From a virus (lineage: Duplodnaviria > Caudoviricetes): a stretch of DNA of 64,000 nt. Shown piece by piece: positions 40,901 through 46,255 of this stretch. Position 1 is the first letter of the stretch; every line of letters starts with the position of its first letter. The stretch covers positions 3,026-67,025 of IMG/VR virus record IMGVR_UViG_3300037408_000403. One strand, 5' to 3'. The position numbers and the translations under genes are program-made. The notes below the pieces were generated by a model. It searched no databases. It was not told the DNA's origin and was given only the letters and a program-made list of their open reading frames with translations.

Positions 40901-43203
40901 AGCTCCTCAGTAGTATATGTGCTCAGGTCCCTGTCAACGTCTATTGCAGTTTCAATTACAGTTTCAATTACATCTTCATCTTCAGGGTTTGTTACAGGTT
41001 TTGTTATAACAGGTGTTATAACAGGTTCCTGTTCTGTCGGTATCTCTGCCTGTGCTGAGGCTGCTGGTGGTGGAGGAGGATTCTTGGGTACCGGTTTCTG
41101 TGGCACAACGGCATGTATGCGGTACTCATCCGGGGTGAATGGATCTCCGCTGTCCTGCATGACCACCTCAAACTTCACCTTGGGATATAGCTCCTGCAAC
41201 TTATTCTTTGTTGTCTCGGCTGACTTCTGAGTATTATACACCTGGTCCACAACATAGTTGCCGTTCTCCTGGGGTGTGATGGTCAGCTCTGCCTTGCCGT
41301 CTGATATCTTTCGTGCCTGTGGCTTCTGAGGCTGTTCTGTAACTGCCTGACCCTCAACGGGGGCATTTGGGGGCATTTGGGGAGTACTCCCTGTTTCGCC
41401 AGGAATTACTTCTCCCTGCTGTGCAGGTGCCCCTATGATCTTATTGAAGTCCTCCGGCTTGATCTGTGCACTGGCACCGATACCATCCTCGGTAATCTCG
41501 TCAACAATGAGGGAGCCGTCAGTATTCACATCGGCTACACCCCACTTCTTACCCTGGTATTCTATTGTCTGCCCGGGCTGATAGGGTGACTGCGCTGTCG
41601 TTACCTGCTTGTCAAGGTTCTGCTTGGTAGCATTATACTGGTTCAGTTCATTGGCAACCCACTCATCGTAAGGCACATCCTTAGACTCCATGACATCGGT
41701 GCCCTTGACCATGAATGGTTTACCGGCAGGATCGTTGGCATCGTAGGCAGTGAGGACCATATTAGCCTCGTCCTCTGCATCATTGGTATTGGTGAGCACA
41801 ACCTTGCGTCCGTCCTTCAGGCTTGCGAACTTGACGATATTGCTCTCCGGGACGTTTGGATCTCCACCCTTCCATACATACTTCTGTCCCTCCTGACGTA
41901 TCTGTGTCTCCGGGTCCTGTGGCATATTGAGAGGACCGGCAACCTGTCCGGCCTCTCCTTTGTAGAACTCACCGTCCTTGACCTTCTTTGCCAGGTCTGT
42001 GGTCATGGTGAACACACCTCCCATCCCTGCACCGACAACAATGCTCTCCGGGACGTTATCGAACAACCCTACCTCTGGATTCTCCCCTGAGAACTTTGAT
42101 GCAGCGTTCTGTCCTATGGTAGTAAGGCCCTCTGACAGACCCTCATGTACTGGGGCGAACCATAATCCGAACCTCTTGTACCCTTTTGCGATGATACCCT
42201 TCATGGCATCAGAGGTGAAGAGCTGCTCTATGCCCTTGCCTCCCTTCTGCATGTAGTAAGATTTCAGCATCTTACCCATCTGCTCAGTGCCAAGCCACTC
42301 GAATAACCACTCGAATGTACCTGTCATGACTGCATCAGCCATCTTCATGGCCTCGGTCATGTCCTCCCGGTCCTTTATCTCGTCATATTTTACTGACCCG
42401 GTGCCGGCACCGAGGAAGGCAGCTCCACCGGGGACGAACATAGCAGCAACAGTCATCGGAAGAGACTCTGCTATACTGCCTATGGTAGCCTCGAGAGCCT
42501 TACCATACTGACCTGACTTGAAATAATCAGTTGCACTCTTATCCCACCTGGTTATCTCCTCTGTCTTGCGCTCGATGTTATCATCAAACCACTTGGCAAC
42601 CTTGCCCTCAGCAATGGTATTGCCTATGGTCTCAGTGTCAACTGATGGCAGTGTTGCTCCTAATCCTTTCTTCGGCACCCATAAGTCTTTCTCCTGCATG
42701 AGGATCTGCGCATCCTCCTGGCTGATGGTTCCTTTCCTGAGCTCCCTCTTTATCGCTGCATCAGCAAACATCCTCATGGGCGCATTGGCTATTGCCTCAA
42801 TACCTTGTGGTATGTTGACCGCCATCTGTCCGAGGGCAAGGCCTCCCTTCTGCAGGGATTTCTCTGTTGCCTGATGGAAGTTCTGTTTTGCCTCACCGAG
42901 ATAAGCGTTCTTGTCAAGCCACTCCTGTTGTCCCTTGGCGAGCTCATCCAGGTTGAGGATGTTTTCTGCCTCTGCATCTTCCTTTGACACTCCACCTGCT
43001 TTGATGGCGAGGCCATTGACAAACTCATCATAGCTCTCAGGAATACCCTTGATATTGGGATTGGCTCTGAGCGACTGGTAGAACATCTCGCTCTTGGCAG
43101 GGTCCTGAAGGGTCCTGCTGAAGGTTTCAAAGTCAGATGGTAGTCCCTTGATATTTGGGTTAGCGGTGAGCGACTGGTAAAATAGGTTCAGCTTATCGTC
43201 CAT
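28942..43203 (-). CDS. Giant polyvalent ejection-type protein (InPase-like, LPD1-like/zincin, JAB/RadC x2, metallopeptidase, ART, LPD38-like)
   Basis: GNYKKGH...DGDQVDVF...DEHKVMLG; DFGAKIGGARKD; HEWFH; HNHPSG; EEIQSDW; HEIVAH; WHGS...GYGLYFT; ITVNFNRKG...FFNASIQG. Confidence 0.85.
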   Translation of the reverse strand: MDDKLNLFYQSLTANPNIKGLPSDFETFSRTLQDPAKSEMFYQSLRANPNIKGIPESYDEFVNGLAIKAGGVSKEDAEAENILNLDELAKGQQEWLDKNAYLGEAKQNFHQATEKSLQKGGLALGQMAVNIPQGIEAIANAPMRMFADAAIKRELRKGTISQEDAQILMQEKDLWVPKKGLGATLPSVDTETIGNTIAEGKVAKWFDDNIERKTEEITRWDKSATDYFKSGQYGKALEATIGSIAESLPMTVAAMFVPGGAAFLGAGTGSVKYDEIKDREDMTEAMKMADAVMTGTFEWLFEWLGTEQMGKMLKSYYMQKGGKGIEQLFTSDAMKGIIAKGYKRFGLWFAPVHEGLSEGLTTIGQNAASKFSGENPEVGLFDNVPESIVVGAGMGGVFTMTTDLAKKVKDGEFYKGEAGQVAGPLNMPQDPETQIRQEGQKYVWKGGDPNVPESNIVKFASLKDGRKVVLTNTNDAEDEANMVLTAYDANDPAGKPFMVKGTDVMESKDVPYDEWVANELNQYNATKQNLDKQVTTAQSPYQPGQTIEYQGKKWGVADVNTDGSLIVDEITEDGIGASAQIKPEDFNKIIGAPAQQGEVIPGETGSTPQMPPNAPVEGQAVTEQPQKPQARKISDGKAELTITPQENGNYVVDQVYNTQKSAETTKNKLQELYPKVKFEVVMQDSGDPFTPDEYRIHAVVPQKPVPKNPPPPPAASAQAEIPTEQEPVITPVITKPVTNPEDEDVIETVIETAIDVDRDLSTYTTEELDNLIVQLEAGMQDILDQGDTERAAKLNELIGRVIDARNEQPVIPGKGLNPREFKAGDFVKSVYDGKIYEVIEPDNKGMAKLRNEAGTIEPWNAYNNAHFVKYDKADVDVIAASDQVDTKPTEAEKKAGNYKKGHVKVQGLAITIENPAGTIRSGVDKDGEKWSNLMNNTYGYFKRTKGKDGDQVDVFLGDNLDSQMVFVVDQVDPGTGKFDEHKVMLGFKTADEARENYLANYDADWKGLGNITTMSVTQFKEWLGNATRTKKPAAEVDFTAGAKKISQKKGWPMSKEDEAMLAKEPQSFEEGVLQFLLGGGRISMEDYYTHFGRNNTERLKNIWMYSKEGISLDKLNEVGVFQRFPNLLVGMEGAMDQANAFADILRGMAGRNDVRSRLRAIQEKTDAATVEVPLTEDDERAELINMADETVPDAIEDPAIMSIFEQELSELGNTIESLRDLTESDPDYFKVFPYGLNENQFNELKKILNDTGRTSKIQEWLDNHRQGESRGEGDTAVTGDEGAEGRDAGAQDEEGGPDTGTDTGEQPAGDIIPEETPAPPEDDIDRLNKILTLNPPGKSGIEQAREIAQSIYNLESPAEYLRELNLPKEVERFFNSLKKSETSSYIWSVYGRGFRPFNGNKINDFFAYVNNRVKAIEASILEKKGFDVNLVEKADANRIWFTNGVFLSKTTGSHKGDANHFYAGTQVNLRDVVYKKLMALVSQGLITEEQAYQVDDEVKKEVSEKGTVAIVTPENVGEFNEAAVKAYLDELTRVGKMDVLQPGQLSKDIAKYFGIKTYFDDTTIYLNKPVEEVKPEVNPEEVPQKPTKEKQQIQNLKNIVYAEISLDDHNARIRELKAIKEPTKRQQSDLKAATLAAEHTQGRIDKYLAEIDETVLPKDKISEIKRLIRETEQLNVGIGQRILRIQDQRDAKERSLQKRNELLGDRQQEEKKAAGEQSLFGGESTFAPTGNNLQAALAPFNDAIKKAEEEIDRNNNILDQKIDLAISGAQTEIRMETPPEEEEKAPEEVTPLQQEENESEDEPMTDEEIKQEQQDLLESEKEVNAIRDFGAKIGGARKDLELNTDKRSGNRKDATPQWMKHWKLGKREDGTFQPFKVAGDGPLSDRVVVYRFREIFKTEAEAIQAIQLTWIASKFKIGTDRNKKYEVYRKAGERKRHTMQDGFETMEDAYKWMIENADMLINFKPAFPERPHIDNIQRTGKEYRKEDVTTAQFQDTFGFTGGEFGNWVPQDERQRILNYAFDGLMDLADILGVPPRALSMNGQLSIAFGARGQGLSKAAAHYERNRAVFNLTRINGAGSVAHEWFHALDHYLMTVDRGVTLEKDEKGIVKASKNRDTDYLSHGGAIRSKARPEVTEAFKKVLDTIYKQPKIVEVSLERFAARIEEGQKQVDMQLNGIRNYLTRQRDWGKKKSPATPAQQQRLDTLLERIKNRDYGDPAKIETKSRFIGSLPTTEVFKALNELYVEIAGHSAYKYSEGRRSGAVAELEQRIKYLDDAKSSFDKYSKDNKEERNTPTKYYYDAKDIDAMRASDYWTTEHEMAARAFESWVESNLDERGQLSQYLVHSTKNSFYKIFGLNPYPEGVEKERIDAAFKRLFTILEAVTDEKGQVGLHEPSPEYITSKGVYKTTRPPEFPEGLSYLSEASRAATARQGSLWESDNYDPTPTSDRVTYFERILVNRGQVNFIGAPLTGTPKITSPADVAFLFKNLEDAATENAFAVHILPDGNYQVQYLSTSGTTSTLIDVKLIVAAAKELGSQSVTLVHNHPSGRVDPSESDKSIQGKLLDALTDIGVSLNDGVIIDTDQGIYGVFSHYNERQENYSKQDYKTSQEVDVLQFERTKLYIPSTELTKIGQSKDVAEYLSKMKRGTTPKLHAIILNRQNNVTKYLLYDESIDSDQLAKELVYEISKHGESAVIASNKEFNSLFLQRIKYALKPLGSQLLDAIVIKQADDIVNNYKSLADEGLINEPTAPYQSPQDVLNDQIAQFRISDDVYFSPIEKALEAIKQEKGTPQQWKAMLLKNGAKQAELDWMGWDDLASSNPSLTKDKIAVWVAANKIEIKEVEYKTGAESVPFENWSNDELIAEYAERFPGIDVDGMQSMTREELLAEMIGDDFHDLPDDPLKPKYSQYQLPGGEDYQELLLTMPLPEKELELPDGYYVVSNTDPGIAWPYYVVNREGVRVPDTGGTSQEGAIKKANQLLGYQNKFYKSKHWDESNVLAHVRFNTRRTDDGRTVLFIEEIQSDWAQQGKRTGFENTNEKRRFNTKNTSIEKDDVNGTYFLRYDNEIIADSFAYRFSSSTPEQIHGYLLNVANEMPMNNLRPMVADMPFKQTDQWAGLALRRMIRYAIDNGYDAVAWTPGSVQNERYDLSKQVDEITYSYNTNDEIYKISVHKDGNVEGNFNLTENELEGTVGKEIAQKMINGESTKEYSTGVKSLSGIDLKVGGKGMIGFYDTILPSVANKIGKKFGSQTITGSVQTSKTVEFIRIQPDGMATVYDIDDNPLGTFANRSDAVAFANRNTSIQVHTLPITDQMLNTYREGIPLFRAPQRGPERRRDVSDYLTEDTDRRERDMRGTFELWSDRLNTKINVVGTREELPAHIKRIAERDHKNSRISGIYDPATDQVYVVLAEMRESEVMPTILHEIVAHKGLKMVIGEGYSDMLRDIYDSMSQNEISRIAHLYKTDNKLIIADEYLGHMAEQNIEPSLFKRTIARIRQWFRRLFKINFSANDIHSMLLRSRRNLEKQMKPKPKDFETPGEYIDALTAWHGSPYSFDKFSTSRIGTSTGLNLSGYGLYFTDKPEVAKAFAEKAAYREKYLSRAMNEVGTTGAEWVKKALYHSRGNHEKALTYLREMQDKYNEQPKIANRLARVLKFMNKYPLPQNRYLYEVMFTRGKGPNDMNWLSQREILTNAQAAKISQQLNKEGINNGTLDFALWSTTPAEKVYDLLTTTLGSAKEASNFLLRAGIDGIKLTAANEGTTYLLFNDEGVQIKDKVQFRIGETEDPEDPNKPKGPPKNILRTKRELRSELWQNRMLAIREWQNKIRGLGGKITEISNPYRQENLSHGMVKNAIQTFDKEQGKELLSAAAEIMTKGNMSYAELQEYMQVKHAPERNNSIWRKQQIAAVLKNPDLTPLDIEFMVDKLNTTEAPDETNFSGYTTIEAREKAANFESRLPQDMIDRFWSSVRNATDFTIKRWLADGFIDMETYLKIKKQFQYYVPLRGWQPTEADDFISYQTEDIGKTVNPMRRAFGRKTRAEDPMQYIFNMAHTAVVTGEKNRIKQHAARLVKDNKDMKYLHRFKKVYAVWDGTYDEKTGLKNYTEVSERPDEDLWKRGMVRQKFDLSHTKRRPKSLAQEHEIDVFINGEKYTMVLPADVANALNKTPSKWDDVAFALREMRIGQFTRWMSANLTSKNPVFIPINQMRDLQYATLAHFIKGSGPEAAKFIKILPKARRAIIQHLNGKGDPKDPIYKMYQDFMVNGGETGYVHLKDIDQLAVEINKELSRLTGKNSSFDKLIHAEILRKLGGWMEHMAIRSENLSRFATYLVAKEQGKTDKEAAYEAKEITVNFNRKGRISSLMGSLYAFFNASIQGGDNVIRMGKQHSGKFFAIGAAGMAMGFLNAMYNSLWGGDDDDDEDKYAQINDYLKYNNFIFMIPGVKKYISVPLPHGFRWFNAMGVLAYQTAFGQKEIGAALKDGLSNAFAAVSPVNPVEFLSREGELTFRPLVPTTAMPIYDIFANQTYTGAPVHKEAFTRALDGRIADSSLGMDNVNTFVKGFTDFLFKIGGGDPDVGSKFYEDENGQIKKVTEIFDVNPSNIEHVIESWLGGRGMFWNDVLKTSQGTIEAAHQLATEDKSFGEAMSNINSNTVPILKSLVREPWRKTVYTSYYDIVDDIENYRSMVGMQNKAIDPGEEEIEMSPDYQYKADLLTDLRKDLKGIDEDLEGMTDPKQIQELKDVQELLIRNFVEAVSNYNEQ

Positions 43204-43210
43204 AACAGGC

Positions 43211-44266
43211 CTAATTGAAGATTGCGCTTACATCGGTGACACCCTGGCTGTCCGGCTCAAGTATAGCCGGCACTGTGGGCTCGTTTATGAATAGATCTGA
43301 ATACTTCCCGTTGAGAGCCTTTATCTCTTTCACCCTCTTCCGTGCCGTCATATCTCTCTCGTTTATCTTCTGCAGTTCTGCATCGTAGTCATTTCTCTTC
43401 TTCAGCTTGGCCCCCTCGGTCATTACACTTTGGATCTCACCGTCTGTAACTGCCTCTCCCATCGCCATCTTGCGAACAATGTTCTTGTACCTGTCCCAGT
43501 TTTCAAACACATATTGCTTTATCTGTGTGTTGCTTCTGAGATCTTCCGGCTGTATCTTATTCTTTATCACGACAGGTATTGCCGGGTCCTGTCTGAGCAT
43601 CTTAATGATAGCCCCTGCCTGACCTTCTGATATTGGAATGGTCATGCCGTTCTCCATATCTTCTATGGTTGTGAACGGTGCCTTGGTGCCGTACTGCTGT
43701 CTGTATCGTACCTGGTAGGGGTTATTAGCATCAACACCTGCCGCCTCTTTCCGTAGGTTATACTCTTGCGCTGTCTCATTCATCCTTGCCCTTGATGCCT
43801 GTTCATAGAGCTTGCCCTGGTTCTCGGTTCTAAAGGCCTCAAGTTCCTTCTGCTGTTCAAAGTTTGTCTTATTAACATCGTCAGTATGAGTTCTCTGCTC
43901 TCTTGCCTGTCCTGCCGCCCATTCTTGCTGATCCTTCTGCCTGTCCCATGCAACCTGATTATCCATGTCCCTCTGTTTAGCAGCTATCTCCGTCAGCCTA
44001 ATGCGGTCCTTACGGGTTCCGAACTCTGAATTGGATCTCAGCAGCTCATTACTGGCTCCCATAATCCCCGGGTTAACGGCCTTGGGAACTACAGTGGCGT
44101 TCTTCCCTGCCCCTACCGTATCGAAGAGTAACCGGAAGGCATCACCAATGGCATTGGTTTTCATTATTTTACGCTGTGCAGCATCACTCTGGTCTTTCTT
44201 AGCCTGTTCTTCCTTTACATACTCATCGTAATCGAAGATGGAGGAATATGGGTACTCTTGTTGCAT
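43211..44266 (-). CDS. Putative second ejection (internal virion) protein
   Basis: Gln/Lys-rich coiled coil with a GDAFRLLFDTVGAG segment; sits between the first ejection gene and the giant gene. Confidence 0.55.
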   Translation of the reverse strand: MQQEYPYSSIFDYDEYVKEEQAKKDQSDAAQRKIMKTNAIGDAFRLLFDTVGAGKNATVVPKAVNPGIMGASNELLRSNSEFGTRKDRIRLTEIAAKQRDMDNQVAWDRQKDQQEWAAGQAREQRTHTDDVNKTNFEQQKELEAFRTENQGKLYEQASRARMNETAQEYNLRKEAAGVDANNPYQVRYRQQYGTKAPFTTIEDMENGMTIPISEGQAGAIIKMLRQDPAIPVVIKNKIQPEDLRSNTQIKQYVFENWDRYKNIVRKMAMGEAVTDGEIQSVMTEGAKLKKRNDYDAELQKINERDMTARKRVKEIKALNGKYSDLFINEPTVPAILEPDSQGVTDVSAIFN

Positions 44267-44277
44267 AGTCGGCTATA

Positions 44278-44982
44278 TTAATTTTTATCAAATGATAAAA
44301 GTTCCTTGGCAGCGATACTGGCCTGACGTGCCATACTAATCTTTATTTTTGCCTCTTCAGTGTGGTGCTTTCCAAGCGATCTTTTATTCCCTTCCATCGC
44401 TTTACTTATTTTTCTATTTATCTCTTTAGGTCTTTCTCTTTGAGCTCTACTCATATTGCGCCTTGTTTCTTCCGACTTCTTTCGTCCCTTATGTGCCTCG
44501 CTCATCTTCCTACGAGTCTCATCCGAATGTTTCAATAATCCCTTCTTGCCTTTATTATGATTAACTCCACCACTATTGCGCCATGTTATAAGAGCATCAT
44601 TTGTTCTTATATGTAGCCCCTTATTCCATGACGGTTTGCCCTTATGAGCATCACTTAGCTTTTTCTTGTGCTCTGGAGTTAGACTCATTCCCATAGTGCT
44701 CCCAGCAGTCAGGGAGCTATTAAAGTAAGGTCTGTAAGAGTCAATAAAATATTGTTCTGTCTTAATGAGGTCTGCCTTATCACAACCAACAATTACAGAA
44801 AACTGTAAATCGGCCTCTCCGTATTTATCGTAATGTCTTTGTAGTTTTTTAGAGTGATGATTTCCTCTTCTCAAATCTTCATGGTGATATTGCCACCTTT
44901 TATGAATATTAACAGCACTGCCAATGTAGCTCCTGTTGGGCTTGCACTTAGATTGAATTTTATAGATCCCTGAAATTTTCAT
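44278..44982 (-). mobile_element. Free-standing GIY-YIG homing endonuclease with NUMOD3 repeats
   Basis: GIYKIQSKCKP...YIGSAV...HHSKKLQRHYDKYG; HSDETRRKMS repeats. Confidence 0.9.
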
Positions 44983-45566
44983 TACTCGTAATTGAATGTA
45001 TTTGTCGAAGGGATTGCCGTATTCTTTCTTTTGAATAAACTTGAGAGTTTTTTATCCCAGTCTTTAAATGCTCCATCGGCATCAGCCTGGGCGAACCCTA
45101 TCCCTGCGTTCATTGCATTGCTCATGAGGTTTGACCAGTTCTGCGACTTCCCCTGAAGGTTCTGAGCCTCGAGGTTATCAAGGCCTATCTTCTGCCCTGT
45201 GTACTCTCTGCGAATAGCATCCTGATACTCTGTGCCATACCCTGCGATCTTGTTTATGCTGTCGGCATATCCTCTCTGAGCTTTGTCTGCCGTTGCTACC
45301 TTCATTTCGTCCGATGCACCTGAGATGGCATTGTTCTGTGCCGTTTTCTTCATCATGTCATCGTACTGGGTGCGCAGGGTCTGGATGGCAGACTTCCCTT
45401 GTGTGGTATCAAGAAAAGGAGTGTTATACTCTTTGTCGTACCAGGTATCGAGTTCTGAGCGTCTGCGCCTGAGCTGCTCATCAATCTTGTTATTGGCTCG
45501 GGCAGAGCCTATTGTGCCGAATAAACCGGACACTACCGAACCTATTGCCAGGGCTGTGCCAATCAT
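44982..45566 (-). CDS. Putative first ejection/DNA-pilot protein
   Basis: Gly/Ala-rich hydrophobic N-terminus (ALAIGSVVSGLFGTIG) then Gln-rich coil, typical of podovirus ejection proteins. Confidence 0.6.
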   Translation of the reverse strand: MIGTALAIGSVVSGLFGTIGSARANNKIDEQLRRRRSELDTWYDKEYNTPFLDTTQGKSAIQTLRTQYDDMMKKTAQNNAISGASDEMKVATADKAQRGYADSINKIAGYGTEYQDAIRREYTGQKIGLDNLEAQNLQGKSQNWSNLMSNAMNAGIGFAQADADGAFKDWDKKLSSLFKRKNTAIPSTNTFNYE

Positions 45567-45595
45567 GATTGAATGTATGTGTTAATTAACGGTGG

Positions 45596-45603
45596 TAAAC
45601 ATA
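45596..45603 (-). promoter_or_regulatory. -7-like box (TATGTTTA) of the ejection/portal operon
   Basis: One mismatch to consensus; 22 nt from the operator, the same spacing as at 20374. Confidence 0.65.
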
Positions 45604-45625
45604 AATCATGACTTTCTATTGATAG

Positions 45626-45659
45626 GGATTAATTATCCATAAATCAGGACAATTAATCC
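45626..45659. promoter_or_regulatory. 13-8-13 inverted-repeat operator, copy 2
   Basis: GGATTAATTATCC-ataaatca-GGACAATTAATCC. Confidence 0.75.
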
Positions 45660-45681
45660 TCTTTTTCATTCTGTGACATAG

Positions 45682-45689
45682 CACCTTTG
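45682..45689 (+). promoter_or_regulatory. -7-like box (CACCTTTG) of the TerS-like/nozzle operon
   Basis: One mismatch to consensus; also exactly 22 nt from the operator. Confidence 0.55.
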
Positions 45690-45706
45690 ACATAAATTCA
45701 ATTCAC

Positions 45707-46255
45707 ATGCCAGCACGACAGCAACTCAGGTCACGGGAAGGGATCAAGGAAAAGACAGAGGACCAGATTATCGAGAAGATAAAAACTAAAGAAGGCTTCC
45801 AGAGATATACTTCTGAAGAGAAAATCAAAGCATTACAGGCAGTAATAGCAACAGGGTACAACATTTCTCTGGCAGCAAAGCAGGTAGGGATGGACCGAAA
45901 GACCATATCCGTATGGACACAGATGTATAGCATGACAGCAGCCAGGGAGGGCATCTTAGAGCTTGTGGTTCAGTTAGTCAATGAGGACATAGAAAAGAAA
46001 AAGGAAAGGTTTGAGAAGGCTGCATATGATGTCAAGGAATACATTTTGACCAAGGTACATGCGAGAGCAAAGAACGAGAAGGACCTTGACAAACTCTCAA
46101 GGGCTCTCAGGGTAGTGCATGATGTGGGAACCACCAAGGTAGAAATGCCTGACCCCAATGACAACAACCCACAGAGCATCATTGCCTTCATGACATCACA
46201 GATAATACTTCACCAATCACAAAAGAAAGACACTAATGGCACAGCAGGTAATTGA
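45707..46255 (+). CDS. HTH + coiled-coil protein, putative terminase small subunit
   Basis: YTSEEKIKAL...NISLAAKQVGMDRKTISVW HTH, helical oligomerisation-like region, extended tail. Confidence 0.55.
   Translation: MPARQQLRSREGIKEKTEDQIIEKIKTKEGFQRYTSEEKIKALQAVIATGYNISLAAKQVGMDRKTISVWTQMYSMTAAREGILELVVQLVNEDIEKKKERFEKAAYDVKEYILTKVHARAKNEKDLDKLSRALRVVHDVGTTKVEMPDPNDNNPQSIIAFMTSQIILHQSQKKDTNGTAGN

Noticed and set aside
28945-43130. Numerous 60-190 aa ORFs antisense to or overlapping the giant gene and other long genes
   Set aside because: Expected shadow ORFs of GC-rich coding DNA; no motifs or start context.
44278-44982. Group I intron around the endonuclease genes
   Set aside because: Both HEGs fill the intergenic space almost completely, leaving no room for a ribozyme core, and the flanking ORFs look complete.
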